Positions 1-9,910 of a DNA stretch of 64,000 nucleotides are shown here, in pieces (the stretch's first letter is position 1; every line of letters begins with the position of its first letter). Source of the DNA: Clostridia bacterium. Its GTDB lineage: Bacteria; Bacillota; Clostridia; Christensenellales; CAG-138. A program made the translations under genes and the position numbers. The notes below the pieces were generated by a model. That model was not told the origin of the DNA. It ran no database searches and saw only the letters and a program-made list of their open reading frames with translations. The stretch covers positions 17,422-81,421 of the forward strand of contig JAZUMK010000027.1 of the NCBI GenBank assembly GCA_045603585.1, read 5' to 3'.

Positions 1-642
1 CATTTCGTCATTGGGCAGGGGTACTACGGAAACGGGAGTTTCTGCAACGTGGTCTGCCGCGCAGCGCTGTACTGCAAGGGATATGATATTCCTTGCACGC
101 TTATCGGCCTCTTCCTTGGTCTTTGCTTCTATCTCGCGAAGCATTATTGCTGCATCGTGACGTGCATCACGCTCAACATTGCTCAGGAGTATTTCCTTTG
201 CCTCGTCCATAGACAAACCGGAAATGGTTTCAAGCTCCTTAAGCTGTTTATTATGCAGTTCCTTAATGGCGGCTTCGGTCTCCTCTGCCTCCTTGATTTT
301 CTGATTGAGCTGCTGCTCGCGCTGCTCCACTCCATCGATCTTTTTGTCCAGAGTTTCCTCTCTCTGGAGCAGCCTGCGTTCATTGCGCTGCAGTTCGTTG
401 CGGCGTTCTCTGAGTTCTTTTTCGTTTTCGTTCTTAATGCGATAGGCCTCTTCCTTCGCTTCAAGGACAGTTTCTTTTTTAATGGTTTCTGCCCTCTTCT
501 GGGCATCGCTGATCATCTTTTTTACTGCATCTTCGGCGTTTGCTATCTTTGCTTCAGCTATGTTGCGCCTGTAAACATATCCTCCAAAGCCGCCTACCGC
601 AAGGCATACTACGCCTATCAGTATCGCTATCCATATTTGCAC
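1..642 (-). CDS. rny: Ribonuclease Y, N-terminal 214 codons (gene continues past the left edge of the window)
   Basis: Not in the ORF track because there is no stop in the window. My translation of the minus strand from GTG at 642 gives [57 protein letters not shown]...[26 protein letters not shown]. This shows the N-terminal TM anchor, the coiled coil and the start of the KH region typical of RNase Y. It lies downstream of recA, as in other Firmicutes. The frame stays open to base 1. Confidence 0.9.
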   Translation of the reverse strand, partial: MQIWIAILIGVVCLAVGGFGGYVYRRNIAEAKIANAEDAVKKMISDAQKRAETIKKETVLEAKEEAYRIKNENEKELRERRNELQRNERRLLQREETLDKKIDGVEQREQQLNQKIKEAEETEAAIKELHNKQLKELETISGLSMDEAKEILLSNVERDARHDAAIMLREIEAKTKEEADKRARNIISLAVQRCAADHVAETPVSVVPLPNDEM

Positions 643-768
643 GATATACGTTAACCTCCAAATAAATATATATAAATGTATCCGAGTGTAAAATACTCAG
701 CATGCATGGACAAATATTTCTATAGACGAATCTACGAAACTACACACCGATATAATACTTCAAAATTG

Positions 769-798
769 ATTATAACCCCATAGCAAAATAAAAGTCAA
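769..798 (-). promoter_or_regulatory. Putative sigma-A promoter for rny (TTGACT-N18-TATAAT)
   Basis: On the minus strand, TTGACT (798-793) is the 3' arm of the recA terminator stem. TATAAT (774-769) follows 18 nt later. This leaves about 120 nt of leader before the rny start. Confidence 0.4.
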
Positions 799-825
799 GG
801 ACGCATATACAAAGCTTCCCTGACT
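785..825 (-). terminator. Rho-independent terminator after recA
   Basis: Minus strand AGTCAGGGA (825-817) pairs with TCCTTGACT (801-793), 8 of 9 bp with a 15-nt loop. It is followed by TTTATTTT (792-785). Confidence 0.5.
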
Positions 826-860
826 TATATAAAAATTCTAAATATTACTTTTTATGCAAA

Positions 861-1889
861 TTAATCCTCGTCATCAAAATCGGGAATGCTATCCTCATTT
901 GATGCTGTTACAATAAGCTTTTCCCTTATCTTAGATTCTATTTCTGCACAAAGCTCCTTATTGTCCTTGAGGAAAAGGCGGGCATTATCGCGGCCCTGAG
1001 CCATGCGGATATCATTATAAGAATACCATGCACCGGTCTTGGCAATGATTTTATGTTCTACCGCCATATCGAGAACAGAGCTTTCCTTGGAGATACCTTC
1101 GCCGTAAATGATATCAAACTCGGCGATCTTAAAGGGAGGAGAAACCTTGTTCTTTACTACCTTTATGCGGGTACGGCTGCCCACAAAGTCAGTGCCGTTT
1201 TTGATGGTGTCGAGCTTGCGTACATCCAGGCGGATGGATGCGTAGAACTTCAGCGCCTTGCCGCCGGTTGTGGTTTCGGGATTGCCGAACATCACGCCAA
1301 CCTTTTCGCGCAGCTGGTTGATAAAAATAACGATGGTATTTGACTTGCTGATTACACCGGTAAGCTTTCTGAGAGCCTGTGACATAAGGCGGGCCTGCAA
1401 GCCAACGTGGGAATCGCCCATATCGCCTTCCAGTTCTGCCTTGGGAACCAGAGCAGCTACAGAGTCGATAACAACGATATCCACCGCACCGCTGCGGCAA
1501 AGCAGCTCGGCGATTTCCAGAGCTTCTTCGCCGGTATCCGGCTGAGAAATATAAAGATTCTCCGTATCAACGCCGAGATTTTCGGCATATACGGGATCAA
1601 GGGCATGCTCTGCATCGATAAATGCAGCTGTGCCGCCCATCTTCTGCGCTTCCGCAATGGCATGCAGGGCAACCGTGGTTTTACCGGAGGATTCAGGTCC
1701 GTAAATCTCAACTATACGGCCGCGGGGGATGCCGCCTACACCCAGAGCGCAGTCCAGCTCAAGGCATCCTGAGGAAATAGTGGATATGGTTATCTTTTCC
1801 GCTGCATCTCCCAGCTTCATAACCGCACCCTTGCCAAACTTCTTTTCTACCTGAGACAGGGCAAGTTCCAATGCTTTCTGCTTTTCCAT
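861..1889 (-). CDS. recA: Recombinase RecA
   Basis: 342 aa. Walker [10 protein letters not shown] is present, along with the typical RecA core ([27 protein letters not shown]) and an acidic C-terminus. Confidence 0.98.
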   Translation of the reverse strand: MEKQKALELALSQVEKKFGKGAVMKLGDAAEKITISTISSGCLELDCALGVGGIPRGRIVEIYGPESSGKTTVALHAIAEAQKMGGTAAFIDAEHALDPVYAENLGVDTENLYISQPDTGEEALEIAELLCRSGAVDIVVIDSVAALVPKAELEGDMGDSHVGLQARLMSQALRKLTGVISKSNTIVIFINQLREKVGVMFGNPETTTGGKALKFYASIRLDVRKLDTIKNGTDFVGSRTRIKVVKNKVSPPFKIAEFDIIYGEGISKESSVLDMAVEHKIIAKTGAWYSYNDIRMAQGRDNARLFLKDNKELCAEIESKIREKLIVTASNEDSIPDFDDED

Positions 1890-1925
1890 TATAATTCAAT
1901 CCGCCTTTGTTTCTTATTAGGATAA

Positions 1926-3188
1926 TTATATCATGTAAACAGTGGGTTTGTACATACCCTTTGACAAAATTAGTTTCCTCAAAAGATTCAGAGCGTTTAA
2001 TGTGGCCGTTCCCCTTATCCGTTCGCGGCTTCCTTTAAGGTTGAATTCGTCCGCCTGGGTGCCATCCTTATGTGAAACTCCGATATAAACCCGCCCGACC
2101 TGATCAGCTGCACCTGAAGGTCCTGCGTAACCCGTGGTGGAAATTCCTATATCGGCACCGGAAGAAAGCCTTATTCCTTCAGCCATTTCTTTCGCTGTTT
2201 CGGCGCTGACCGCTGTGTATTTTTCCAGCGTTTCCGCCTTCACGCCAAGGCGGCGCATCTTTGCTTCGGGAGAATAGGTTACCGCTCCCTCAATAAACCA
2301 TTCGGAGCTGCCCGGAACGGATATCAATCTTGAAGCAATCATTCCCCCTGTACAGCTTTCGGCAACAGCAAGCTTAAGTCCGTTTTTCGCCAGCAGCTCG
2401 GCACACACCTCATGCATCTCCGCCCCGTGGGAAGAATAGACATACTCACCTATTCTTTCGCATATCGCATCCATTACAGGAAGAATAAGCTTCTCCCCTT
2501 CCTCTTTGTCTATGCAGCGGGCAGTGATCCGCAAAGTGGTTTCTGCGGATTTTGCATATGGAGCGATGGTGGGATTGGTCTGGGAATCCACAATATCCTG
2601 AATGTCATGCTCAACCTGAGATTCTCCACGGCCGAATATGCGCAAAGTACGGGAATAGAATTGGCAGCTGCTCAGCTTCTGGAGATACGGCACCACCTGC
2701 GCCTCAAACATAGGCTCCATTTCCCAAGGAGGGCCCGGCATCATGATGGCAGCTTTTCCGTCCATTTCCATGATACAGCCGGGTGCGGAGCCGTTTGGAT
2801 TTGGCAGGATTATGCAATGCTCTTTAGGGAACATCACCTGTTTAAAATTATTGGGTGTGCACTGATATCCGCGGGATACCATGCGCTCTATTAGCTTTTG
2901 CTTGTGATCTTCATACACTACAAGCTCAAGTCCGAAATAATCCGCAATTGTTTCCTTTGTAAGGTCGTCTTCTGTTGGGCCAAGGCCGCCGGTAAATATC
3001 AGAATATCCGATCGGGAAAAGCCTGTGCGTATGCACTCTTTAAGCCTGTCGTGATTGTCCCCTACGGTAATATGATAATAAAGGTTGATGCCAAAATCAG
3101 CAAGACGGGCAGAAATATACCGGGCATTGGTATTGAGTATCTGCCCCATGAGAAGCTCTGTGCCAACCGAGATTATTTCAGCATTCAT
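1926..3188 (-). CDS. cinA: Competence/damage-inducible protein CinA (MoCF-like domain + PncC nicotinamide-nucleotide amidase domain)
   Basis: 420 aa. The N-terminus MNAEIISVGTELLMGQILNTNA and the C-terminal LAVAESCTGGMIASRL motif are both present. It sits immediately upstream of recA, as in many Firmicutes. Confidence 0.9.
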   Translation of the reverse strand: MNAEIISVGTELLMGQILNTNARYISARLADFGINLYYHITVGDNHDRLKECIRTGFSRSDILIFTGGLGPTEDDLTKETIADYFGLELVVYEDHKQKLIERMVSRGYQCTPNNFKQVMFPKEHCIILPNPNGSAPGCIMEMDGKAAIMMPGPPWEMEPMFEAQVVPYLQKLSSCQFYSRTLRIFGRGESQVEHDIQDIVDSQTNPTIAPYAKSAETTLRITARCIDKEEGEKLILPVMDAICERIGEYVYSSHGAEMHEVCAELLAKNGLKLAVAESCTGGMIASRLISVPGSSEWFIEGAVTYSPEAKMRRLGVKAETLEKYTAVSAETAKEMAEGIRLSSGADIGISTTGYAGPSGAADQVGRVYIGVSHKDGTQADEFNLKGSRERIRGTATLNALNLLRKLILSKGMYKPTVYMI

Positions 3189-3205
3189 GATACACTTTCC
3201 CTGAT

Positions 3206-3745
3206 TTACTTAAAGTCAATGCAGCTGCGGTTTTTTGCAATATAATCCCATGCGGAAATAACGGTAAAGAATACGGATATCCATACCATCCATATATCCA
3301 GCCTGAAGCCGAATACCTTCATTACCAGATCCTGCAGCATTACCAGAACCATCGCAATAGCCTGAGTGGTGGTTTTTACCTTGCCAAGCCAGTTTGCCGC
3401 AATAACTACGCCGCTGCCTGCGGAAACCAGCCTGAATCCGCTGATAAGAAACTCTCTTGCGATGATAATAATGGCAGCTATGGGGCTAAGCAATCCCTTG
3501 GCAGTAAGCATAATAAGGGCGCTGGCGGTCAGCAGCTTATCCGCAATGGGATCCATCAGCTTGCCGAAGTTGGTTACAAGGTTTTGAGTTCTTGCAATGT
3601 AGCCATCGGCAATATCAGTAATAAATGCCGCAACGAATATTATCGCAGCAACATATACCGCCCAGGATGCATCGATATAGAAGCAAGCAATATAAAGGGG
3701 TACAAGGCAAATTCTTAAAAGTGTCAGTTTGTTTGGAAGATTCAT
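3206..3745 (-). CDS. pgsA: CDP-diacylglycerol--glycerol-3-phosphate 3-phosphatidyltransferase
   Basis: 179 aa multi-TM protein with the CDP-alcohol phosphatidyltransferase motif DIADGYIAR...G...DPIADK. Confidence 0.9.
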   Translation of the reverse strand: MNLPNKLTLLRICLVPLYIACFYIDASWAVYVAAIIFVAAFITDIADGYIARTQNLVTNFGKLMDPIADKLLTASALIMLTAKGLLSPIAAIIIIAREFLISGFRLVSAGSGVVIAANWLGKVKTTTQAIAMVLVMLQDLVMKVFGFRLDIWMVWISVFFTVISAWDYIAKNRSCIDFK

Positions 3746-5037
3746 ATCTCCTCTCCCTCCATATCATATGGGCCTGCCTCGGTTATTCTTACCATGGTAA
3801 AATCACCGTGCTTAAGGCTTTTATTTTTCAATGCAAACATTATAGTGCCGTCCACTTCGGGAGCTTCCGCATAGGTGCGGCCGTAAGCTATGTCGCCGCT
3901 TATCTGCTCAATTATCGCTTCGGCAACAGTTCCCACACGCTTTTTGTTGTAAGCAAGGGAGATATCCTGCTGAAGGGCCATCACCTGATCCAGCCTGCGC
4001 TGCTTGATATCTTCATCTATCTGATCAGGCATTTCTGCCGCAGGGGTATCATCCTCCTGAGAGTATGCAAAGGCGCCCAATCTGTCAAAACTATGGCTCT
4101 GCAAAAATTCGGTCAAGCAGCCGAATTGTTCCTCCGTCTCTCCGGGAAAACCTGTAATAACGGTAGTACGCAGAATAAAATCAGAGGATTTCTTTCTTAT
4201 ATACTCGGTTATGTGGCGAATGTGCTCTGCCGATCCGTGACGATTCATAGCCTTGAGCATATCGGGATGGATATGCTGAATAGGCATATCGATATAGTTC
4301 ACAAGCTTAGGCTCCGCTATTATTGTATCGATAAGCTCTTCATCCACGGTATTGGGATAAGTGTAAAGCACTCTGATCCAATGGAGTTTTTCTATCTTGG
4401 CAAGCTGCCGCAGCAATTCACTCAGCATGGGTTTGCCGTAGATATCGGAGCCATAGGCCGATGTATCCTGAGCTATTACAATAAGTTCACGAACGCCCTT
4501 TTCTGCAAGCTCCTCTGCCTCTTTAATGAGCTTTTCCATGGGAACGCTGACTCTGCCGCCCCTTATGAGAGGTATGGCGCAGTATGTGCAGCGATTATCG
4601 CAGCCGTCTGCAATACGAAGATATGCGCTGTAAGTGGGAGTTGTGAGCAATCTCTGTTCACCGCAGCAGATGTAAGTCAATCCCAATGCTTCTGTTATAG
4701 CCTTGACTAATCCCGCCTGATCCTTTACTCCCCAAAAGATATCCACCTCAGGGATCTCCTCGCGTAGCTCATTGGGATAGCGCTGGCTTAAGCATCCCGC
4801 AACCACAAGCAGGCGGCATTTGCCCATTGTTTTATACTGGGCCATTTCAAGTATTGTGCCTATGGATTCTTCCTTTGCAGGCTCAATAAAGCCGCAGGTG
4901 TTTATAATGATAACCTCAGCTTCGGATTCATCCGCCGTAATGCAGAACCCGGCTTCTCTCAGATGGCCTAAGATGATCTCGCTGTCCACGCGGTTTTTGG
5001 AACAGCCAAGGGATATAAGTCCCGCAGTTATTGCCAC
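3742..5037 (-). CDS. rimO: Ribosomal protein S12 methylthiotransferase RimO
   Basis: Radical-SAM CxxxCxxC motif (CDNRCTYCAIP), MTTase N-terminal domain and TRAM-like C-terminus. The longest ORF starts at 5094 and overlaps ftsK. I prefer GTG at 5037 (VAITAGLISLGC...), which has GGAGG 9 nt upstream. Confidence 0.88.
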   Translation of the reverse strand: MAITAGLISLGCSKNRVDSEIILGHLREAGFCITADESEAEVIIINTCGFIEPAKEESIGTILEMAQYKTMGKCRLLVVAGCLSQRYPNELREEIPEVDIFWGVKDQAGLVKAITEALGLTYICCGEQRLLTTPTYSAYLRIADGCDNRCTYCAIPLIRGGRVSVPMEKLIKEAEELAEKGVRELIVIAQDTSAYGSDIYGKPMLSELLRQLAKIEKLHWIRVLYTYPNTVDEELIDTIIAEPKLVNYIDMPIQHIHPDMLKAMNRHGSAEHIRHITEYIRKKSSDFILRTTVITGFPGETEEQFGCLTEFLQSHSFDRLGAFAYSQEDDTPAAEMPDQIDEDIKQRRLDQVMALQQDISLAYNKKRVGTVAEAIIEQISGDIAYGRTYAEAPEVDGTIMFALKNKSLKHGDFTMVRITEAGPYDMEGEEI

Positions 5038-5041
5038 TGTA

Positions 5042-7558
5042 TTATTCCTCCGTAGTAGAAGTATTTCCGCCCACAAGCTGCTGATACTCCGCAAAGCTGT
5101 TGATCAGAAGCTTACGGGGCTTGCTGCCGTCAAATCCGCTGACCACCTTCAATTGCTCCATAATGTCTATCAGCCTTGCAGCGCGGGCATAGCCTACCCT
5201 AAGGCGGCGCTGTATCATAGAAATTGAAGCCTGTCCGCTTTCAAGTACGATTTTTACTGCATCATCCAGCAAATCGTCTTCCTGTTTGCCGTTGCCCTGT
5301 CCCATGGCAGTATCCACAGCAGTGGATACTTCTTCCAGAGAGATTTCAGCATACTTGGGTGCATCTTCATCTTTCTGCTGAGAGGCAAAGAAATCCATAA
5401 CATCCTCTACCTCTTCATCGCTGACAAAGGCACACTGAGTACGCACGGGCTTGCCTGCTCCATTTGCATGGAAAAGCATATCTCCCTTGCCCAGCAGCTT
5501 TTCTGCGCCGCCGGTATCCATGATAACGCGGGAGTCTACCGCAGAAGATACAGCGAGGGCAATTCGGGAAGGTATATTAGCCTTGATTAGGCCGGTGATG
5601 ATATCCGTGGAAGGCCTCTGAGTAGCAACGATAAGATGGATGCCTGCTGCACGGCCAAGCTGAGCAATGCGGCATATGGATTCTTCCACATCCTTGGCGG
5701 CAACCATCATAAGGTCAGCCAGCTCGTCAATGATAATTACAAGACGAGGCATCTTTTCGGCAGGGTCTTCCTGAAGGGAATTGTATCTGGATACGCTTCG
5801 TGCGTTCACCTTGGACATCTTGCGATATCTTTGATCCATTTCCATTACCGCCCACTTCAATGCACCTGCGGCCTTCTTTGGGTCAGTTACAACAGGCATA
5901 AGCAAGTGAGGCATCGGGGAATAAACCCTCAGCTCCACCTGTTTGGGGTCGATAAGAATCAGCCTTACGTCATCAGGCTTTTTGCCATATACAAAGCTGA
6001 GAATTATATCGTTGATGCATACGCTCTTGCCGGAGCCGGTAGAACCGGCAATGAGCAAATGAGGCATTTTATCCAGGTCTGCGCATACAACATTGCCTGC
6101 GATATCCTTGCCAAGGCCAAAGCGCAGGGCAGAATTTCCGTCGCTGAATTCCGCAGACTCGATTACTTCCCTCAGCAATACAGGTATGGTATCCCTGTTG
6201 GGTATCTCTATGCCGATCGCAGACTTGCCGGGAATAGGCGCTTCAATGCGCACTCGTGGCGCAGCCAGTGCCAATGCAATATCGTCTGAAAGGCTGGTGA
6301 TCCTGTTTACTCTTACACCCTGAGCAGGCTGCAGCTCAAAGCGGGTAATTACAGGACCAACGCTGTAGTTGATAACCTTCGCCTGAATATTGAAGCTGGC
6401 AAGGGTTTCTTCAAGCTTCCTTCCCTTCGCAGCGGGAGATTCTGAGCTTTTGCCATAGGATGCAGCGGGCTTTTTAAGTCTGGAAATGGGAGGCGCAACA
6501 TATACCGGGGGTTCCGGAACAATGGAGGCCTCAGCCGCTTTTACGTCCGCAGCTGTAGTTTTGGAAGGCTTTACCGGCTTATCCGGAACGGGCTCTTCTT
6601 CATCGTATGCATCCTGTACGGGTTCCTGCCTGAGAGCGCTGTCGTCTACAGCAGAAAGGATATCAAATGGATCGTCATCATCGGGATTGCGCTTGGGCAG
6701 CGTTCCCTTTTCCGGAATAAATGAAATATCTCCGTCCCAATCCACCGCATCCTCGCGGCGGCGAACTATATGACTGTCGTCAGCCTTTTTGCGTTTTTTA
6801 GATTTGGTAACAGGTTTCTCCTCCGGGCCAAAGGTTTCGGTATAAAGTCCCTTTCCGTTTTGATTCGGACTTTTTTTCTTGGGAGGGAAAATCTGTTCAT
6901 AGCCCATTTCTTCGAAGTCATAAACTTCCTGACGGGCCTGTTGCTGCTGAGCATGTGCCGTATGAACCTTTTCAGACACGTTCTCCACACCGGTCTTGAT
7001 CGTACTTCCAACCTTTGCACCCATGGCACGGATGGAAAGCCTTGTTGCAACAAGGAAGATAATCAGAATCGCCGCGCCAAAGAAAATATAGGTGCCAACA
7101 GGACCAAGAAGCAATAACGCAGGATAAGCAAGCAGCGCTCCCAGCAATCCGCCGCCTTTGAAATAGATTTTGCCATAAAGGTAAGCATCTGAATAATATG
7201 AAAGAACGCCTTCACTGGATATGCTGCTTCTCATTGCGGCATGAATTATCACCAGCACACATATCACGCCGGCAAACAGCAGCCAGAGGGTGGATTCTGC
7301 ACTGTTGGACTTAGACATCACAATAGACAGCACGCCGAGAACCGCCATAATAACAGGCACAGCATAGCCGGCAATACCAAACATTCCAAAGCAGAAATTT
7401 TTAACCGCAGCGCCAATTACGCCAACAAGGTCAGAGTATATGCCCGCGCCAAGAAAAAGCGCAATGGCAATAAAACAGACGCCGATGATCTCCCGTTCGG
7501 TCTGCTCTTCCCTTGCCCTGTCGGATTTTTTTACCACCTTGGTATTCTTTTTAGCCAT
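5042..7558 (-). CDS. ftsK: DNA translocase FtsK/SpoIIIE
   Basis: 838 aa. It has N-terminal TM helices, a Pro/Asp/Lys-rich linker, a motor domain with Walker A GSTGSGKS, and a C-terminal gamma wHTH (ISMIQRRLRVGYARAARLID). Confidence 0.95.
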   Translation of the reverse strand: MAKKNTKVVKKSDRAREEQTEREIIGVCFIAIALFLGAGIYSDLVGVIGAAVKNFCFGMFGIAGYAVPVIMAVLGVLSIVMSKSNSAESTLWLLFAGVICVLVIIHAAMRSSISSEGVLSYYSDAYLYGKIYFKGGGLLGALLAYPALLLLGPVGTYIFFGAAILIIFLVATRLSIRAMGAKVGSTIKTGVENVSEKVHTAHAQQQQARQEVYDFEEMGYEQIFPPKKKSPNQNGKGLYTETFGPEEKPVTKSKKRKKADDSHIVRRREDAVDWDGDISFIPEKGTLPKRNPDDDDPFDILSAVDDSALRQEPVQDAYDEEEPVPDKPVKPSKTTAADVKAAEASIVPEPPVYVAPPISRLKKPAASYGKSSESPAAKGRKLEETLASFNIQAKVINYSVGPVITRFELQPAQGVRVNRITSLSDDIALALAAPRVRIEAPIPGKSAIGIEIPNRDTIPVLLREVIESAEFSDGNSALRFGLGKDIAGNVVCADLDKMPHLLIAGSTGSGKSVCINDIILSFVYGKKPDDVRLILIDPKQVELRVYSPMPHLLMPVVTDPKKAAGALKWAVMEMDQRYRKMSKVNARSVSRYNSLQEDPAEKMPRLVIIIDELADLMMVAAKDVEESICRIAQLGRAAGIHLIVATQRPSTDIITGLIKANIPSRIALAVSSAVDSRVIMDTGGAEKLLGKGDMLFHANGAGKPVRTQCAFVSDEEVEDVMDFFASQQKDEDAPKYAEISLEEVSTAVDTAMGQGNGKQEDDLLDDAVKIVLESGQASISMIQRRLRVGYARAARLIDIMEQLKVVSGFDGSKPRKLLINSFAEYQQLVGGNTSTTEE

Positions 7559-7626
7559 TTTTACATACCTCTTCTATCATACAGAACATTATACACTATA
7601 TATAGTATTTTTAAAAGTGCTGCACA

Positions 7627-7659
7627 ACAAAAAACAAGCCCATCATGTGATGGGCTTGT
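7627..7659 (-). terminator. Rho-independent terminator after ispH-rpsA
   Basis: Minus strand ACAAGCCCATCA-CA-TGATGGGCTTGT followed by TTTTTTGTTG. Confidence 0.7.
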
Positions 7660-7678
7660 GAAAATACTAAGTATTTTA

Positions 7679-9910
7679 TTAGTCTTCGAACTTAAAGCCT
7701 GCAAACTTATCAGCCAGAGAAGTGGTTGCCTTCTCAACGGGGGGCAGGTCGTATTCGTTCTCTTCGCGACGCTGACGACGACGCTCGGCACGCTCGGCTT
7801 CGCGGGCCTCGTTGGCGGCCTTTGCAGCCTCAGCAGCGGCAGCACGCTCAGCGGCCTTCTCGGCGGCTACGCGCTCACGCTCTGCCTTTTCAGCAGCCAG
7901 CTGCTCTGCGATCTCGGGGTTCTCCTCAAGGATTACATCGCGGCGGCTCAGGCTGATGCGCTTTGCTTCGGAATTTACATCCAGAACCTTGCAGCGTACT
8001 ACATCGCCTACGTTGATTTCATCTTCAACCTTCTCGATGCGCTTTACGCCAACCTGAGAAATGTGGATGAGACCATCGATGGTGGGCTCAAGAGCTACGA
8101 AAGCGCCGAAGGATACGATACGAACAACCTTACCCTCTACGATTGTGCCTACGGGGTACTTTTCGGCTGCCATGGTCCAGGGCTTGGGCTGCAGCTGCTT
8201 GTAGCCCAGGGATACACGCTGCTTCTCAACGTCTACGTCACGGATGAGAACTTCGATTTCCTGACCGATGCTAAGAACATCAGAGGGATGCTTTACGCGG
8301 CCCCAAGCGATGTCGGTAACATGTACCAGACCGTCGATACCGCCGATATCAACAAATGCGCCGAAGTCGGTAAGACGGCGTACAACGCCCTTTACCTTGG
8401 AACCAACTTCCAGATTGGTCCACATTTCCTTCTTGGCAGCTTCTGCTTCGGCCTGCATGATGGCCTTGCGGGAAGCTACGATGCGCTTGCGGGACTTGTC
8501 AACTTCGATAACCTTAACCTTGAGCTCCTTGCCTACGAACTCGGCAATGTTCTCAACGTACTTGGTGGACAGCTGGGAAGCGGGAACGAAAGCGCGGATG
8601 CCATTGATGTTGGCAATCAGGCCGCCCTTAACAACTTCCTTACCAACGGCGTCGAATACCTTATCCTGAAGGTTTTCTTCGTCCTGCATAAGGTTGTCCC
8701 ACAGCTTCTTGCTCTCTACGTTCTTGCGGGAAAGCAGTACGTTGCCTTCGCCGTCGTTAACCTTTATAACCTCAACCTCGATCTCGTCGCCTACCTTAAC
8801 TACTTCGGCAGGATCAACCTCGGCATCGGAAGAGAATTCGTTGCGTGGAATAAATCCGTCGGATTTGTAGCCGATGTTTACGCATACTTCGCCGTCAACT
8901 ATCTGTACGACGGAACCTTTGATAATCTGTCCGTTCCTGATGCGTACCAGTGTCTTCTCAAACACTTCTTCAAAGCTGAGCTCAGCGGGCTCGGCATTCT
9001 CGGCAACGGATTCCTGGACGGCAGCTGCTGCTACCGCCTCTACGTTTTCTTCTACGGGGCTTGCAGCCATCGTCTTTTCCAGTTCGCTCATTCTTTTAAT
9101 AACCTCCAATATTATCCATTTCGGCGTCGATGCGCCTCCAACAAACCCTATTATATCATTAATATCAATATTTTCAATAGTAAGTTCGTCTACTTTTGCG
9201 ATAGAATCTACGTTTTTGCAGTACTTTTTACATATTGCACACAGTTTTTTTGTATTGGCGCTGTGATGACCGCCCACAACAATCATTCTGGTGCAATTCC
9301 TGCTGAGCTCCTCCGCTTCCTGCTGCCGCTGGCCTGTGGTTTTGCAGATGGTATTAAAGGTGCACAGTTCATCGCACCTTTCTCTGACTGCATCCTCCAC
9401 GCGGGAAAACTCTTCGGCGTTTGCAGTCGTCTGGGACACAAGACAGATTTTATCCGTATATTCCAATGAAGCGGCCTGTTCGGGATTTGCCACTATTCTG
9501 GCTCCCCCGGCGCTCCATCCGCCTATTCCCTTTACCTCAGGATGTCCCGCCGTACCGAACACCACTATTGAATATCCATTTTCGCTGTACTCCTGTACTA
9601 TCTGATGAATACGCTTTACAAAGGGGCAGGTGGCATCCACTGCACTCAGCCCCAGTTCATAACATTGCTGAATTTCCTTTGGTCCAACGCCATGGGAGCG
9701 TATTATAACCGTACTGCCTTCAGGAATTTCTTCCAGCGTTTCGGAAGGAATGATGCCTTCGCCTTTTAATCCATCAATAACATCGGAATTATGAATCAAT
9801 TCGCCATAGGTATAAACCCTGCCGTGCTTTTCGCATTCCTTGCGGGCAATCTCTATTGCCCTCTCTACGCCAAAGCAAAAACCTATGTTTTCAGCGATTA
9901 CAAGCTGCAA
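7679..9910 (-). CDS. ispH: Bifunctional 4-hydroxy-3-methylbut-2-enyl diphosphate reductase (IspH/LytB) fused to 30S ribosomal protein S1
   Basis: The N-terminal ~280 aa are IspH-like (GFCFGVERAI, SHGV, ATCPFV, SANT). Four S1 domains follow, then an Ala/Glu/Arg-rich tail. The longest ORF starts at GTG 9931. TTG at 9910 (MQLVIAENIGFCFGV) has GGAGG 9 nt upstream and matches the usual IspH N-terminal length. Confidence 0.9.
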   Translation of the reverse strand: MQLVIAENIGFCFGVERAIEIARKECEKHGRVYTYGELIHNSDVIDGLKGEGIIPSETLEEIPEGSTVIIRSHGVGPKEIQQCYELGLSAVDATCPFVKRIHQIVQEYSENGYSIVVFGTAGHPEVKGIGGWSAGGARIVANPEQAASLEYTDKICLVSQTTANAEEFSRVEDAVRERCDELCTFNTICKTTGQRQQEAEELSRNCTRMIVVGGHHSANTKKLCAICKKYCKNVDSIAKVDELTIENIDINDIIGFVGGASTPKWIILEVIKRMSELEKTMAASPVEENVEAVAAAAVQESVAENAEPAELSFEEVFEKTLVRIRNGQIIKGSVVQIVDGEVCVNIGYKSDGFIPRNEFSSDAEVDPAEVVKVGDEIEVEVIKVNDGEGNVLLSRKNVESKKLWDNLMQDEENLQDKVFDAVGKEVVKGGLIANINGIRAFVPASQLSTKYVENIAEFVGKELKVKVIEVDKSRKRIVASRKAIMQAEAEAAKKEMWTNLEVGSKVKGVVRRLTDFGAFVDIGGIDGLVHVTDIAWGRVKHPSDVLSIGQEIEVLIRDVDVEKQRVSLGYKQLQPKPWTMAAEKYPVGTIVEGKVVRIVSFGAFVALEPTIDGLIHISQVGVKRIEKVEDEINVGDVVRCKVLDVNSEAKRISLSRRDVILEENPEIAEQLAAEKAERERVAAEKAAERAAAAEAAKAANEAREAERAERRRQRREENEYDLPPVEKATTSLADKFAGFKFED

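Noticed and set aside
49-654. 201-aa plus-strand ORF at the left edge of the window
   Set aside because: It is the antisense frame of RNase Y. The minus strand gives an unmistakable Rny N-terminus. The plus-strand product is a low-complexity Leu/Phe/Cys-rich sequence with no SD.
7241-9469. 742-aa plus-strand ORF, the longest non-annotated ORF in the track
   Set aside because: It runs antisense to ftsK, the intergenic terminator and the S1 part of ispH-rpsA. The product is low-complexity (Leu/Gly/Ala/Tyr/Phe-rich) with no motifs. Long open antisense frames are expected opposite codon-biased GC-rich genes.
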